This document shows, piece by piece, positions 42,906 through 53,362 of a stretch of 64,000 nucleotides of DNA. Position numbers and translations under genes: made by a program. Every line of letters starts with the position of its first letter. Position 1 is the stretch's first letter. The DNA lies in contig PWMF01000164.1 in the NCBI GenBank assembly GCA_003559215.1, forward strand, positions 11,500 to 75,499, written 5' to 3'. The DNA is from Natrialbaceae archaeon (lineage in GTDB: Archaea > Halobacteriota > Halobacteria > Halobacteriales > Natrialbaceae). The notes beneath the pieces were generated by a model. The model saw nothing but the letters and a program-made list of their open reading frames with translations. It did no database searches and was not told the origin of the DNA.

Positions 42906-43195
42906 CTGCCGGCGTGACGACTCCGGACGGTCAGTACCGTCAGGGATGGTTCCCTGCCCAACGAAACGGGGGGGCAGTCGTCCGTCGATTCCCCGCGTGC
43001 ATGGGCTACAGCCCGCGAAGTCGAATCTACGAGAGTTCCAGACGAGGGTGCGGGCTGTGGCATGATGCGGTCAAATACGAACGTAGCTGTATATGTTCTT
43101 ACTGTTGTTTCGTCGGGAACACCGATCCCGTACTCCGGACGATATCGGCCGTTTCGCTACCTCGGTTCTATCGACTGATTGGGAGGCAGAGCGAC

Positions 43196-44725
43196 CTAGA
43201 GGAACGGCTGGTAGTAGTACGGGCTGACGAACCCCTCGATGAACGCCGCGATCGCGAGCACGATTCCGAGGCCGACGACGACCCAGAACGCCCGCTCGAG
43301 GGCCTCGGCGATGTCACGTCGGCTCGCGCGTCCTCTGAACGCCCGCCAGCCGACGAGACCGAGCCAGAGTCCGAGCGCGCTAGCGACAAAGATCGCGGGC
43401 ACCTCGAGGATCCCGTGGGGAACGACGAACGCCGCGAGTTCGACGATCTCGACCTCGAGTCGGGCGACGGCACCGAGCACGACCCCGTTGAACGCAAGCG
43501 AGAACAGCGCCGGAATCGCGAGGGCGAGCCCGCCGAAGGCGGTGGTGTACGCGACCGTCCAGTTGTTCCCGAAGAACTCGAGGGCGGCCGTCGGCGGGAC
43601 GTGTCCCTCGAGGCGCTCGTCGATGGAGGTCTCGACCGTCCCCGCGAGGGGTTCGGCCAGCTCCCAGCCGGCCCAGAACGTACCGACGGCCGCGACGACG
43701 ACGAACGCGTGCAAGAACGGCGTCGCCCGAACAAACGAGAACATCTCGGCCCAGCCCCGCCGGAGCCCGTCGGCGAACCGACTCCGGAACGGACGCTCCG
43801 GTGCCGACGGCGGGGAGAGCTTCCCCTTCGGACCGCCGTACAGCGCCGTCTTCAACAGGTCGAGGAACGGGAAGACGAGCAGCGTCGTAAGCAGCGTTCC
43901 GAGGGAGGGGACCTCGGCGACAACGAGTAGCCCCGTGAGGACCGACAGCGCGACCAACGCGCCGACCGCGAGGACGTAGTAGAAGCCGGCCGCGATCGGG
44001 TGTCGACGGAGGAATCCGAGGGTCGCCGACAGCGAGCCGAACACGCCCGCGTCGTCGACGACGACGGCGACGGGAGCGAAGGCGAACACCGCTCGAATCG
44101 CCGCGAACGCGACGACCGCCACCAGTAGGGTCGGCAGGATCACGACGACGGCGGCAACGCCGGTCCCGGTCGCGGGCGCGAGGACGGCACCGAGCAACAC
44201 GGCGCCGACGAGCGCGATCGTCCCGACGGCGAGCCAGGCGGCGATCTCGAGCAGGTAGAGCCCGACAAAGCGGAGCCAGAACCGCCCTGCGCCGGCGAGA
44301 CCGATGACGAGCCCGCGGTCGTCCCGGAGCCGCCCGTAACAGGCCGAGAGCTGGGCGGCCGAGACGGCCGCGTAGAGGGTTATCGCCAGGACGATCGAGC
44401 CGAATATGACCATGACCGCGAGCAGCTGGAGCTCGAGCGGCAACAGCTGCTCGGCCAGCGGGGCGACCTCCTCGGTCCAGGCATCGAACGCCTCCGGATC
44501 GGCCTCTGGATCGGGAGGGTCGGGGACGCCGGTCTCGAACTCGGTGAGGACGCCCTCGAGGCGCCCGGACAGCTCGAGGTAGACGAAGGCCGCAGCGATG
44601 CCCAGAAACGGAAGAATGCGGACGATCGCCGGGATCGCGGCACCGAGCAGGTAAAAGGGCAGGATATCGGCGGGCCGACGCCGGAGCACCGCGACGGCGC
44701 CGGCGACCGCATCGGACAGTGTCAT
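43196..44725 (-). CDS. SpoIIM-family membrane protein with N-terminal membrane domain
   Basis: FFGNN, FNGVVLG, VPHGILEVPA, AAFIEGFVS. Confidence 0.88.
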   Translation of the reverse strand: MTLSDAVAGAVAVLRRRPADILPFYLLGAAIPAIVRILPFLGIAAAFVYLELSGRLEGVLTEFETGVPDPPDPEADPEAFDAWTEEVAPLAEQLLPLELQLLAVMVIFGSIVLAITLYAAVSAAQLSACYGRLRDDRGLVIGLAGAGRFWLRFVGLYLLEIAAWLAVGTIALVGAVLLGAVLAPATGTGVAAVVVILPTLLVAVVAFAAIRAVFAFAPVAVVVDDAGVFGSLSATLGFLRRHPIAAGFYYVLAVGALVALSVLTGLLVVAEVPSLGTLLTTLLVFPFLDLLKTALYGGPKGKLSPPSAPERPFRSRFADGLRRGWAEMFSFVRATPFLHAFVVVAAVGTFWAGWELAEPLAGTVETSIDERLEGHVPPTAALEFFGNNWTVAYTTAFGGLALAIPALFSLAFNGVVLGAVARLEVEIVELAAFVVPHGILEVPAIFVASALGLWLGLVGWRAFRGRASRRDIAEALERAFWVVVGLGIVLAIAAFIEGFVSPYYYQPFL

Positions 44726-44804
44726 AGTATCGAGTTTCTCGATTGACGGGTTAAATCATCCGCTCGAGGAATCCGAGCCGCGAACCGTGGGGCCATGGTG
44801 AGGA

Positions 44805-45086
44805 TCAGTTGTACGTCCGATCGTCGAACGTGTCGCCGTCGCTCGCGTCCTCGGACCCGGAGTTCGACAGCCGTGGGGTGAACCCGCCCGTGAGGATGAC
44901 GGCGACGACGACCAGCGCCGCCGAGAGGACGACGAAGTCGGCGCTCGGATCGTAGCCGGCCAGTCCCGCGCCCGTCGAGACGACGAAGATCGCGACCGTA
45001 AAGACGACCGTCGCCAGCGCCCCGACGACGACGATGCCGATCACGCTGCCGAGCAGTCCGCGGAGGACGTTTCGTACTGCTGTCAT
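44805..45086 (-). CDS. Small membrane protein
   Basis: MTAVRNVLRGLLGS..., two hydrophobic stretches. Confidence 0.7.
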   Translation of the reverse strand: MTAVRNVLRGLLGSVIGIVVVGALATVVFTVAIFVVSTGAGLAGYDPSADFVVLSAALVVVAVILTGGFTPRLSNSGSEDASDGDTFDDRTYN

Positions 45087-45212
45087 AGGTGTCCGTTTCC
45101 GGTCCGGGGTCGTAGTGGTTGCGGCTGCGGGAGGTGTCAGCGGGCCGTTTTCGTGCGATACGTCGGCAGATGTCGTGGAGACGTTTAGGTGACTTACTCG
45201 CGTACCCCGCGT

Positions 45213-46355
45213 ATGGTCACGACCCTCACTGCGGACCGGCTCGCGGAACTGCAGGACGACGACGAGGAGTTCGCGCTCGTCGACACGCGTCCCGAGGACA
45301 GCTACGAGGCCTGGCACGTTCCCGGAGCGCTTCACTTCCCGTTCGGCCCCGAGGAGGAGCTCGACGGCCGCCTCGAGTAGCTCGAGGAACTGATCGGCGA
45401 CACCGAGCGGGTGATCACCATCTGCGCTAAGGGGATCTCCTCGGGGTACCTGGCGACCCGGCTCGAGTCGGCGACCGACGCCTACGACGTCGAGACCGTC
45501 GACGACGGGATGGAGGGCTGGAGCGGCGTCTACGACGCAACCGAGCTCGAGGGGACCGGCGCCGCCCGGATCACCCAGGTCCAGCGCCGCGCGAAGGGCT
45601 GTCTCGGTTACGTCGTCGGCTGCGGGGAAACCGGCGAGGCGGTTATCGTCGATCCCACCGCGGACACCGACGAGTTCACGGTCGCCGCCGAGGAGGCCGG
45701 GCTCTCGATCGTCGGCGTAATCGATACTCACGTCCACGCCGACCACGTCTCCGGCGGCCGCCAGCTCGCCGACGAGCTCGAGGTCCCGTACTACTTAGGC
45801 GAGCGAGCGACCGAGCGCGACGTCGAGTTCGAGTACGCCGCCCTCGATCGCAACGAGGTGGTCGCGGTCGGCGAGCGCGAGCTGAAGGCGATCGCCGCGC
45901 CGGGCCACACCAGCGAGATGATCAACCTCCTCGTCGACGACCGGGCGCTGCTGACCGCCGACACCCTACACGTCGGCTCGACGGGACGGACGGAGCTCGA
46001 GTTCAGTGAAGACGAGGGAGAGGAGGGCGCGCGGCTGCTCTACGAGACGCTCCACCGGACGATCCTGGCCGAACCCGAGAGCGTTCGCGTCCTCCCCGGT
46101 CACGTCACCGTTACGGCCGACGGCGAGTTCGCCCACGGCACCCCAGGTGAGGAGATTTCGACGACGATTCGGGAGGCGCGCACGGGGATCGACGTTCTCG
46201 AGCTCGACGAGGAGGCGTTCGTCGACCGCCTGGCTGACGCTGGCGAGAAGCCCGCCAACTACGAGGAGATCATCGAGCGCAACCGCGGGGCGCTCGAGCT
46301 CCCACCGGAGAAACGCGTCGAACTCGAGATGGGACCGAACAACTGTTCGGCGTGA
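45213..46355 (+). pseudogene. Rhodanese + MBL-fold (persulfide dioxygenase-like) protein interrupted by an in-frame TAG
   Basis: LVDTRP..Y..WHVPGA, TAG at 45378-45380, then the same frame continues CAKGISS, DTHVHADH, PGHT, GPNNCSA. Confidence 0.8.
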
Positions 46356-46456
46356 CCGCCGTCGGTCGCTCGAGTTGCCCCGCGGACGTTCCCTCGCCGA
46401 TTCGGTACTGACGGTCGGCCAACCCGTCTGCTACTGACTCGTCGATCCACCACGGC

Positions 46457-47107
46457 TCACCGACCCGCTGCCGGCTCGCCGAGTAATGCGGCACTCATCC
46501 GCCCGCAGACGTAGGCGATCGCGTTCGCGACGTGGACGAAGACGACCAACAGTGCCGCGCCGAGCGCACCGGCCAGCGCCACCTCCGGAACCGTTTCGAT
46601 GGACCAGACGAGCGGCTCGCCGTTGAGTTCGCCGAACTCGGCATCGGTGGGGTATCGAAGCGGCGCGAGGAGAAGTTCGACGATCCACGCGAGCGCGATC
46701 ACGCCCAGAAGAGCGACGACGGAGACGAGCGTCTTCATCGAGAGGAAGCCGACCGCCCGCCAGGTCGAGGGCGCGTCGACGTACGCGCGGAGCCGCGATC
46801 GAGTTTCGGGAGCGTCGGCGACGTCCTCGTACCGCTCGAGGTCGAGCCCCAGCAACACGTTCGCGAGTCGTCGTTCGAGCCCCGCGGCGATCCTGGCGCC
46901 GAGGAGGGTGACGAAGAGGATCGCCACGCCGACGAGAACGAGCGTCAGGAGCAGGCCCAACAGGACGCCGAAGCCGAACGTGAAGTAGTACAGAAAGCCA
47001 AGCGGGATCGCCAGAAACAGGTACAGGAGGTTCTTGTACGTCTGGCGTTCGACGAGGGCGCCGACCGCCCGTCGTCCGGCGCGTCTGGTTCGTGCAACGG
47101 AGACCAT
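46457..47107 (-). CDS. Putative-sensor domain membrane protein
   Basis: TYKNLLYLFLAIPLG, ERRLANVLLG, TWRAVGFL. Confidence 0.8.
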   Translation of the reverse strand: MVSVARTRRAGRRAVGALVERQTYKNLLYLFLAIPLGFLYYFTFGFGVLLGLLLTLVLVGVAILFVTLLGARIAAGLERRLANVLLGLDLERYEDVADAPETRSRLRAYVDAPSTWRAVGFLSMKTLVSVVALLGVIALAWIVELLLAPLRYPTDAEFGELNGEPLVWSIETVPEVALAGALGAALLVVFVHVANAIAYVCGRMSAALLGEPAAGR

Positions 47108-47155
47108 GGACAGCTGAACAGTTCAATTCTGACATCAAAAATCCTCGGTCACCAA

Positions 47156-47485
47156 CTACCGGCTGTACGTCTCGAGACGAACGATCGCGCCGCCCTCGAG
47201 TTCGAAGAAGTCGGCGAACGCGAACAGCACCGACTCCGTCTCCTCGTCAACCACGCGACCCCGAGCCGCGACGTTCTCGCCCTCGGCGAGGACGACCTCG
47301 AGGTCGTGGCGTGTCCGCTTGTTCGGCCGTTCCTCGCGCATGAACTCGACGAACGCCTCCCGGTCCTCGAACCGGCGGTCCGGACGCTGCTGAACGAACT
47401 CGGGGTGGAGGGCGTCCTCGAGGACGTCGTACTCGTGAGCATCCAGCGCGTCGTAGTAGCGTTCGACGAGGGCGACGGCGTCCAT
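47156..47485 (-). CDS. SnoaL/NTF2-like protein
   Basis: VERYYDALD, QQRP, FAFADFFE. Confidence 0.85.
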   Translation of the reverse strand: MDAVALVERYYDALDAHEYDVLEDALHPEFVQQRPDRRFEDREAFVEFMREERPNKRTRHDLEVVLAEGENVAARGRVVDEETESVLFAFADFFELEGGAIVRLETYSR

Positions 47486-47628
47486 ACCCCACGTAGCGAC
47501 CCGACTATCAAAAACGGCAGCGGTCCGGAGGCGGCCGTCGCCGTCGCGTTTCGCCGTCCTGCTGTCGCTTCGCGTACAAAAGCGAGATGCAGCGAACGCT
47601 TACTTCCGTGCCCCTCGATACCACGCAC

Positions 47629-49431
47629 ATGGCGACGACCGACGACTTCCGGACGGCGATCCCGCTCGAGGAGCTGCGGGAGCAGGGGCGCGCGCAGGTC
47701 AGCGTCGACGGGACGCCGCTGGCGCTGTTCCACCACGAAAACGAGGTTCGGGCCGTCGACAACCGCTGTCCGCACATGGGATTTCCGCTCTCGGAGGGGA
47801 CCGTCGACGACGGCGTCCTCACCTGCCACTGGCACCACGCGCGGTTCGAACTGGCCTGCGGCGACACGTTCGACCCCTGGGCCGACGACGTCCGGACCTA
47901 CCCCGTCGAGATCCGCGACGGCGACGTCTACGTGAATCCGAACCCCGAACGGGACCTCCCGCCCGACGAGCACTGGGCGAGCAGGCTCGAGACCGGGCTC
48001 GAGGAGAATCTCCGGCTCGTCCTGGCGAAGGCGACGATCGGGCTGCTCGACGCCGGCGTCGATCACCGCGAACCGACGGCGACGATCCTCGAGTTCGGTA
48101 CCCGCTACCGCGAGGACGGCTGGGGACCCGGGCTGACGATTCTGGGCTGTCTGGCGAACGTGATGGACGACCTCGAGCCCGAGGATCGCAAGCGAGCGCT
48201 GTACACGGGTGCGCGGCGGGTCGCGAACGACTGCGCGGGCGAACCCCCGAACTTCGACCAGCCCTCCTTTTCGACCCGCGAGGTCGAGTTCGACCAACTG
48301 AAGCGCTGGTTCCGCGACTGCGTCGAGGTCCGGGACGCCGACGGCGCGGAGCGGTGTCTGCGAACCGCCGTCGCCGCCGACCGCTCGGAGAGCGAACTCG
48401 TCGAACTGGTCTTCGCGGCCGCGACCGACCACCCCTATCTCTCGACGGGCCACGTGCTGGACTTCGCGAACAAGGTCTTCGAGAGCCTCGAGCACGCCGG
48501 TCGGAAACACGCCGACGACGCACTCGCGGCGCTGGTCGAACCGCTCGTTACCGCCGAGCGAAGCGACGAACGATCCTCGTGGCGCCGGCCCGTCGATCTC
48601 GTCGGCCTGCTCGAGGACGTCTACGGGGGTGACGTCACCGAGACGAGCGGGCTCGAGGAGATAGTCGCCGAGGGCGAGGGAACCGCCTGGTCGGCTCCGG
48701 CGGGGTTCCGGGAAACGCTGCTCTCGGACGATCCCGAGGCGATCGTCGACGCGCTCGCGGCCGCGATTCGGAAGGGAGCGACGAGCGAGGACCTCGCGAG
48801 CGAGGTCGCACACGTGGCCGCGACGCGGGTCGCGCGGTTCGGCACCGGTAACGAGTTCTCCGACTGGAACACGGTCCACCACACGTTCACCTACGCGAAC
48901 GCCGTCCACGGGGCGACCCGCCGGACCGACGCCGTCGAGCTCTACAGGGGCGTCTTCGACGCCGCAATCAGCGTCTACCTCGATCGGTTCCTCAACACGC
49001 CGCCCGCGCCGATCCCGAAGCCGGGCGCCAATGAGACGGGGAGAGAGCCCGAGGACGTCCTCGAGGCCCTACTCGAGACGTTTGACGTCGAGGGCGAGGT
49101 CGACGAGGCGGGGCGGCTCGTCGGCGAGTTCCTCGACTGCGGGGGCGATCCCGGGGAGCTGAAGCGGACCCTCGGTCACGCGTTGTTGCGCGAGGACGCC
49201 GGCTTCCACACGATTCAGAACCTCGAGGCCGCGTTCCGGCAGTTCGACATCGCCGAGGAGCGGACGGCGGAGGCGGCGGACGAGGTTCCCGATCTCGAGG
49301 GTCGTCGTCGGGTGCCGCTGATCGCGACGGCGCGGTACATGGCCGCGCACTTCCCGACCAGGCGCGAGACCGAGCAGACGTTTACGATCGCCGCGCGGCT
49401 CAATCGCGGGGAAGCGATCCACGAGGAGTAA
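47629..49431 (+). CDS. Rieske [2Fe-2S] domain fused to a large helical domain
   Basis: NRCPHMG ... CHWHHARF Rieske ligands. Confidence 0.9.
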   Translation: MATTDDFRTAIPLEELREQGRAQVSVDGTPLALFHHENEVRAVDNRCPHMGFPLSEGTVDDGVLTCHWHHARFELACGDTFDPWADDVRTYPVEIRDGDVYVNPNPERDLPPDEHWASRLETGLEENLRLVLAKATIGLLDAGVDHREPTATILEFGTRYREDGWGPGLTILGCLANVMDDLEPEDRKRALYTGARRVANDCAGEPPNFDQPSFSTREVEFDQLKRWFRDCVEVRDADGAERCLRTAVAADRSESELVELVFAAATDHPYLSTGHVLDFANKVFESLEHAGRKHADDALAALVEPLVTAERSDERSSWRRPVDLVGLLEDVYGGDVTETSGLEEIVAEGEGTAWSAPAGFRETLLSDDPEAIVDALAAAIRKGATSEDLASEVAHVAATRVARFGTGNEFSDWNTVHHTFTYANAVHGATRRTDAVELYRGVFDAAISVYLDRFLNTPPAPIPKPGANETGREPEDVLEALLETFDVEGEVDEAGRLVGEFLDCGGDPGELKRTLGHALLREDAGFHTIQNLEAAFRQFDIAEERTAEAADEVPDLEGRRRVPLIATARYMAAHFPTRRETEQTFTIAARLNRGEAIHEE

Positions 49432-49524
49432 ACGGAGCGAAAGCCCCGAAACCGGTGAGGGATCGACTGACCGGACTCGAGGCCGTCGATACTACTTTGT
49501 GCACACTGGTCGAAGGGTTGTCAT

Positions 49525-50307
49525 ATGCGGCCGAGTGACCTCGGGTTCGCCCTCTTTCCCGTCGCGATGCTTGCCTACCTCGGTGCGGTCGGTTACGACC
49601 TCTCGTTCACGGCGTGGACGGCCACCCTGTTCGTCGCCGCAACGGGCGGGTTCGCCCTCGCCGCCGCCCTCGCGGTCCGTGCCGGCGCTCGAACCTCCGT
49701 CGCGCTCTCGCCCGCGGCGTTCGCGCTCGTCCCCTGGCTCGGCGACCTCGGGCTCGGTCCGCACTTCGTCTCGCTCGCCGCGGTCGTCCACGCGCTCCTG
49801 TTCGTCGCCATCGGCGGCGTCGTGCTGATCGCGCTCGAGTACGCGATTCGAAACCGAGAGCGAGCGACCGAGTCGGTCTCGAGGCGGACGCTCCTCGCGA
49901 GTCTTGCGGTCGGCATCGGCCATCTCTTGGCCGTGGCCCTCGTAGCCGAAGCGGCCGGCGACGCCGTCTTCGGTATCGCCGCCGAACTGTTCGACGCACA
50001 GCCGATCGAGTACGCGATGCTCGCGCTCGCGGTGGTCGGCCTCGTCGCGCTCGGCGCGGTTCCGACCCTGTTGTTCGTTCGCTGGCGGCTGCGGTTGCCC
50101 GCGATCGTCGTCGCGGGCGGGTTCGTGCTCGCGGCCCTCCGGACGTGGCGCTACGTACAGGAGACCGTCCACCTGGGCGCCTCGCCGTCGCCGATGATCT
50201 CCTACGCGGTGCTCTGGTTCGTGCCCTTCGCGCTCGCGCTGGTCGTCGGCGGCCTCGAATACCGTCGGTTGCACGGCCGATCGAAGCGGGGTGTGACGCC
50301 GAACTGA
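49525..50307 (+). CDS. Hypothetical multi-TM membrane protein
   Basis: 260 aa, about 8 hydrophobic segments. Confidence 0.75.
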   Translation: MRPSDLGFALFPVAMLAYLGAVGYDLSFTAWTATLFVAATGGFALAAALAVRAGARTSVALSPAAFALVPWLGDLGLGPHFVSLAAVVHALLFVAIGGVVLIALEYAIRNRERATESVSRRTLLASLAVGIGHLLAVALVAEAAGDAVFGIAAELFDAQPIEYAMLALAVVGLVALGAVPTLLFVRWRLRLPAIVVAGGFVLAALRTWRYVQETVHLGASPSPMISYAVLWFVPFALALVVGGLEYRRLHGRSKRGVTPN

Positions 50308-50367
50308 GATCGCTCCCGCGGGGCATCGACCGGCTTTTCTCGACGGCGCCCGTACCGCGAGTCGACC

Positions 50368-50877
50368 GTGGACTGTCACGTCTACTACGAGGGCGACGAC
50401 GACCCGAAGAAGTGCACCGCGCGACGGCTCGAGCAGTTCGACGAGGCGACGCTCTACCGCAACATGCGCCAGGTTCCCTACGGCGTCGTCCTCAACCCCC
50501 ACGCCGAGCAAGCGCTCTCGCCGGCCGACGCCGACGAGGGTCTCGGGACGCTCGTCGCCCTCGACTGCTCCTGGGAGTCCGCCGAGGAGGCTGCCTTTCG
50601 AATGAACGGCGTCCACCGCGCACTGCCCTTTTTGGTGGCCGCGAATCCGGTCAACTACGGCCGTCCGTTTCAGCTGACGACGGTCGAGGCGCTGGCTGCC
50701 GCGTGCTGTATCTTCGGCGACCGGGAGCGAGCCGAAGCGCTGCTCGAGCCGTTCCGCTGGGGGGAGACGTTCCTGACGCTGAACGAGGAGCCCCTACGTC
50801 GGTACAGCGAGTGTGCGGACTCGAGCGAGGTCGTCACGGTCCAGGAGGAGTATCTGGCCGACGAGGAGTCGGCGTAG
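50368..50877 (+). CDS. tsr3: 16S rRNA aminocarboxypropyltransferase (DUF367)
   Basis: [37 protein letters not shown]. Confidence 0.95.
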   Translation: MDCHVYYEGDDDPKKCTARRLEQFDEATLYRNMRQVPYGVVLNPHAEQALSPADADEGLGTLVALDCSWESAEEAAFRMNGVHRALPFLVAANPVNYGRPFQLTTVEALAAACCIFGDRERAEALLEPFRWGETFLTLNEEPLRRYSECADSSEVVTVQEEYLADEESA

Positions 50878-50890
50878 CGAGGGCCACACG

Positions 50891-51432
50891 TTAGCCGACC
50901 GGCTCGGCGTCGCGCTCGCGGCGCGCGAGCCACGATTCGTAACACGCGTAGCCGAGCGAGACCCCGCCGACCAGCACCAACAGCGGGAGCGCGAACAGTA
51001 TCTGACCCGCACCCTCGGCGGCACTCGAGACCATCGCCAGTACGAACGTTCCGGCGAAGGCGAGCAGTACCGTCCCCCGTGGCCAGAAGAACCCGACGAT
51101 GCCGACGAACGCGGCACCGCCGACGATCGCGACGGCGATCCCGCGTCGGCTGAGTCTGTCGGTCAGGTAGAGCCGGTCGAGCCACGTCGGGAGGCTGTCG
51201 TGGCGAACGAGGAGCCAGCCGGCGACGACCGAGGCCGGACCGCCGACGAGTACCGCGACCAGCGCGAGCGCGAGCGGCGAACCGGCGAGCGCCTGACAGA
51301 GGGTAACAGGACGGCAGCCGCGACGACCCACGCGGCGAACCCGCCGTACAACCCGTACGGGGCGTACACCAGTGCCCGACGGAGTGGGGTCTCCGCCGGC
51401 AGCATCGAGCACTCGCGAGCGGAGCTCGACAT
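50891..51432 (-). pseudogene. Membrane protein split by a frameshift near 51300
   Basis: Hydrophobic N-terminus ([18 protein letters not shown]) in one frame, remaining TM helices (QALAGSPLALALVAVL...) in another. Confidence 0.55.
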
Positions 51433-51525
51433 GGTCGGCAGTTCGTGTCGCCGAAGAATAATTATTCGGTCCGGGACTGGTTCGCGACCACAGCGGTTAT
51501 ATGGACGACGGGCCAACGGAGCGAC

Positions 51526-51675
51526 ATGCCAAGTTTCGACGCCGCCACAAACCGGACGCTCGAGAAGATGATTTGCATGCGCTGTAACGCGCGCAACGCG
51601 AAAGACGCCGACAGCTGTCGCAAGTGTGGTTACAAGAACCTCCGACCGAAGGCGACCGAGCCGCGAGCGGCCTAA
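51526..51675 (+). CDS. rpl40e: 50S ribosomal protein L40e
   Basis: ICMRCNARN...[12 protein letters not shown]; TTATAT about 25 bp upstream. Confidence 0.97.
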   Translation: MPSFDAATNRTLEKMICMRCNARNAKDADSCRKCGYKNLRPKATEPRAA

Positions 51676-51779
51676 CTCGGTTCTCTGCGGAGTCTTCGAC
51701 CCTCGAGCGGGTTCGTTCGGTTTCAACCCTGGACGAGTTCGTCGAGTTGGTCCTCGAGCGATCGCTCGACGGCCGAATC

Positions 51780-52077
51780 CGTTCGGCAGTAGGGCCAGGC
51801 CCGCAACCAGCCAGAGCTGCGCCGTCGCGAGTCGCCTCGAGTGAAGCTCCACGCCGGACCAGACGGGGACGAACTGCGTCATCGCGCCCACGATCGTCAG
51901 CGCGATCTAGCCGATCAGAAGCAGGTGGAGCTGGGCGTCGTCAGCCAGTCCCGTCGACGCGGTGACGGACAGGACGGTTCCCGCGACGATCCCGACGACG
52001 AGAAAGCAGAGCCGACCAGGAGGTGCTGGAGTGGAATCGCGATCGGCGGCGTCCGATCCGTCCGGAATCGTACTCAT
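51780..52077 (-). pseudogene. Relic of a haloarchaeal membrane protein normally found beside DUF2249 genes
   Basis: HLLLIG*IALTIVGAMTQFVPVWSGVELHSRRLA with TAG at 51909-51907 where W is expected; decays afterwards; 3' boundary approximate. Confidence 0.65.
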
Positions 52078-52165
52078 ATCTCGTCGTTCGAACCGGGCGA
52101 CCGTCGCCCTGCTCCCGAACTCGTTCAGCACGAGCGTCTGGTTCCTTCGGCACAACGATTCCACT

Positions 52166-52330
52166 ATGGAGTCTCGCGTCGACGTCCTCGACCGAACCGA
52201 CGAGACGGTACTCGTCCAGCACAACGACCGCGTCCCGCAGTTTCTCTTCCCGAAACTCGAAGAGCGCGGCTACACCTCCGAGACGCTCGAGCGGGAGGAG
52301 GACGTGGTAACCGTCATCTGGATCCCCTGA
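52166..52330 (+). pseudogene. N-terminally truncated DUF2249 protein
   Basis: DETVLVQHNDRVPQFLFPKLEERGY...VTVIW is the C-terminal half of DUF2249; the LDVR..PPEP segment is missing. Confidence 0.6.
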
Positions 52331-52370
52331 GAGATCGGTAGTCCGTCCCCCGTACTCACGGGAGCGACCG

Positions 52371-52982
52371 CTACTCGTCGGGATACTTCGGCTCCCGCTT
52401 CTCCGCCCGCGAGAGCGCCGTCTCCACGACGTCGCGCACGTCGCCGTGGAAGACGCTACCGTGGCCCGCGTACATGTGTTCAACCCCGTCGGGCATGCGC
52501 TCGAGGAGGTCCTCGATGCTCTCGACGAGTCGCTCGCGGGACTGGCCGGCCATGTCGGTGCGGCCGAAGCTGCCGTAGTCGAAGGCGCCGTCGTCGTGGA
52601 CGACCACGTCGCCGGAAAACAGCGTCGTCTCGGAGACGAACGAGACGTGATCGTCCGAGTGGCCGGGCGTGTAGACGACGTCGAACTCCTCGTCCCCGAT
52701 CCGGACGGCGTCGCCGTCCTCGATCGCGTGGTCCCGCTGGGGATGGTGGTCGTAGGCGTACACCTCGGGATCGAACGCCTCGCAGACGGCCTCGAGCTGC
52801 TCGACGTGATCGCCGTGCTGGTGGGTCATCGCGACGGCGTCGACCTCGTCGGTGTGCTCGCGGATCTCGTCGACGACGCCGTCCCAGGAGCCGGCGTCGA
52901 CCAACGTGGTTCGATCGCCGACGACCAGGTAGGCGTTGCAGGTGAACGTCTCGGCGTTCTCGGTGACGTGATGAACCTCCAT
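52371..52982 (-). CDS. MBL-fold metallo-hydrolase
   Basis: THQHGDH, TPGHSDDH, FSGD, GRTD, AGHG. Confidence 0.92.
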   Translation of the reverse strand: MEVHHVTENAETFTCNAYLVVGDRTTLVDAGSWDGVVDEIREHTDEVDAVAMTHQHGDHVEQLEAVCEAFDPEVYAYDHHPQRDHAIEDGDAVRIGDEEFDVVYTPGHSDDHVSFVSETTLFSGDVVVHDDGAFDYGSFGRTDMAGQSRERLVESIEDLLERMPDGVEHMYAGHGSVFHGDVRDVVETALSRAEKREPKYPDE

Positions 52983-53185
52983 ACGGGGTCGGTCGTGAGC
53001 CGACGGCAAAACGGTACTGCCGGATCCGCAGGCGTCGGTGGCGCCGATGCCGTCGGCGCGACGTAGCTTCGGGGTCACGGACACGGTCCGCGAGAACGAC
53101 CGTCAGCCTGGTTAGGCGATGTTTAAGGTGATTGAAGGTGAACCACCACGAAACTTTTCAGTCCCGCTCTCCAAGTGTACACCGT

Positions 53186-53362
53186 ATGGGATTCGGGAGC
53201 TACGACGAATCCGAACAGCAGGAGGTGGATGCTGATTTTGACGACGACGACGCCGTCCAGTCGGAACAGAACCATCACCACGGATCGATCGAGTTCGAGA
53301 ACGGCGCCTCGAGCGACGAGCTGCTCGATCGACTCGAGGAGATCAAGGACGACCCCGAATGA
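53186..53362 (+). CDS. DUF5786-like acidic microprotein
   Basis: MGFGSYDESEQQE...ELLDRL. Confidence 0.8.
   Translation: MGFGSYDESEQQEVDADFDDDDAVQSEQNHHHGSIEFENGASSDELLDRLEEIKDDPE

Noticed and set aside
45378-45380. Pyrrolysine or programmed recoding at the TAG
   Set aside because: No pyl genes in the window, the site is not catalytic, and one substitution from GAG explains it; kept only as a minor alternative
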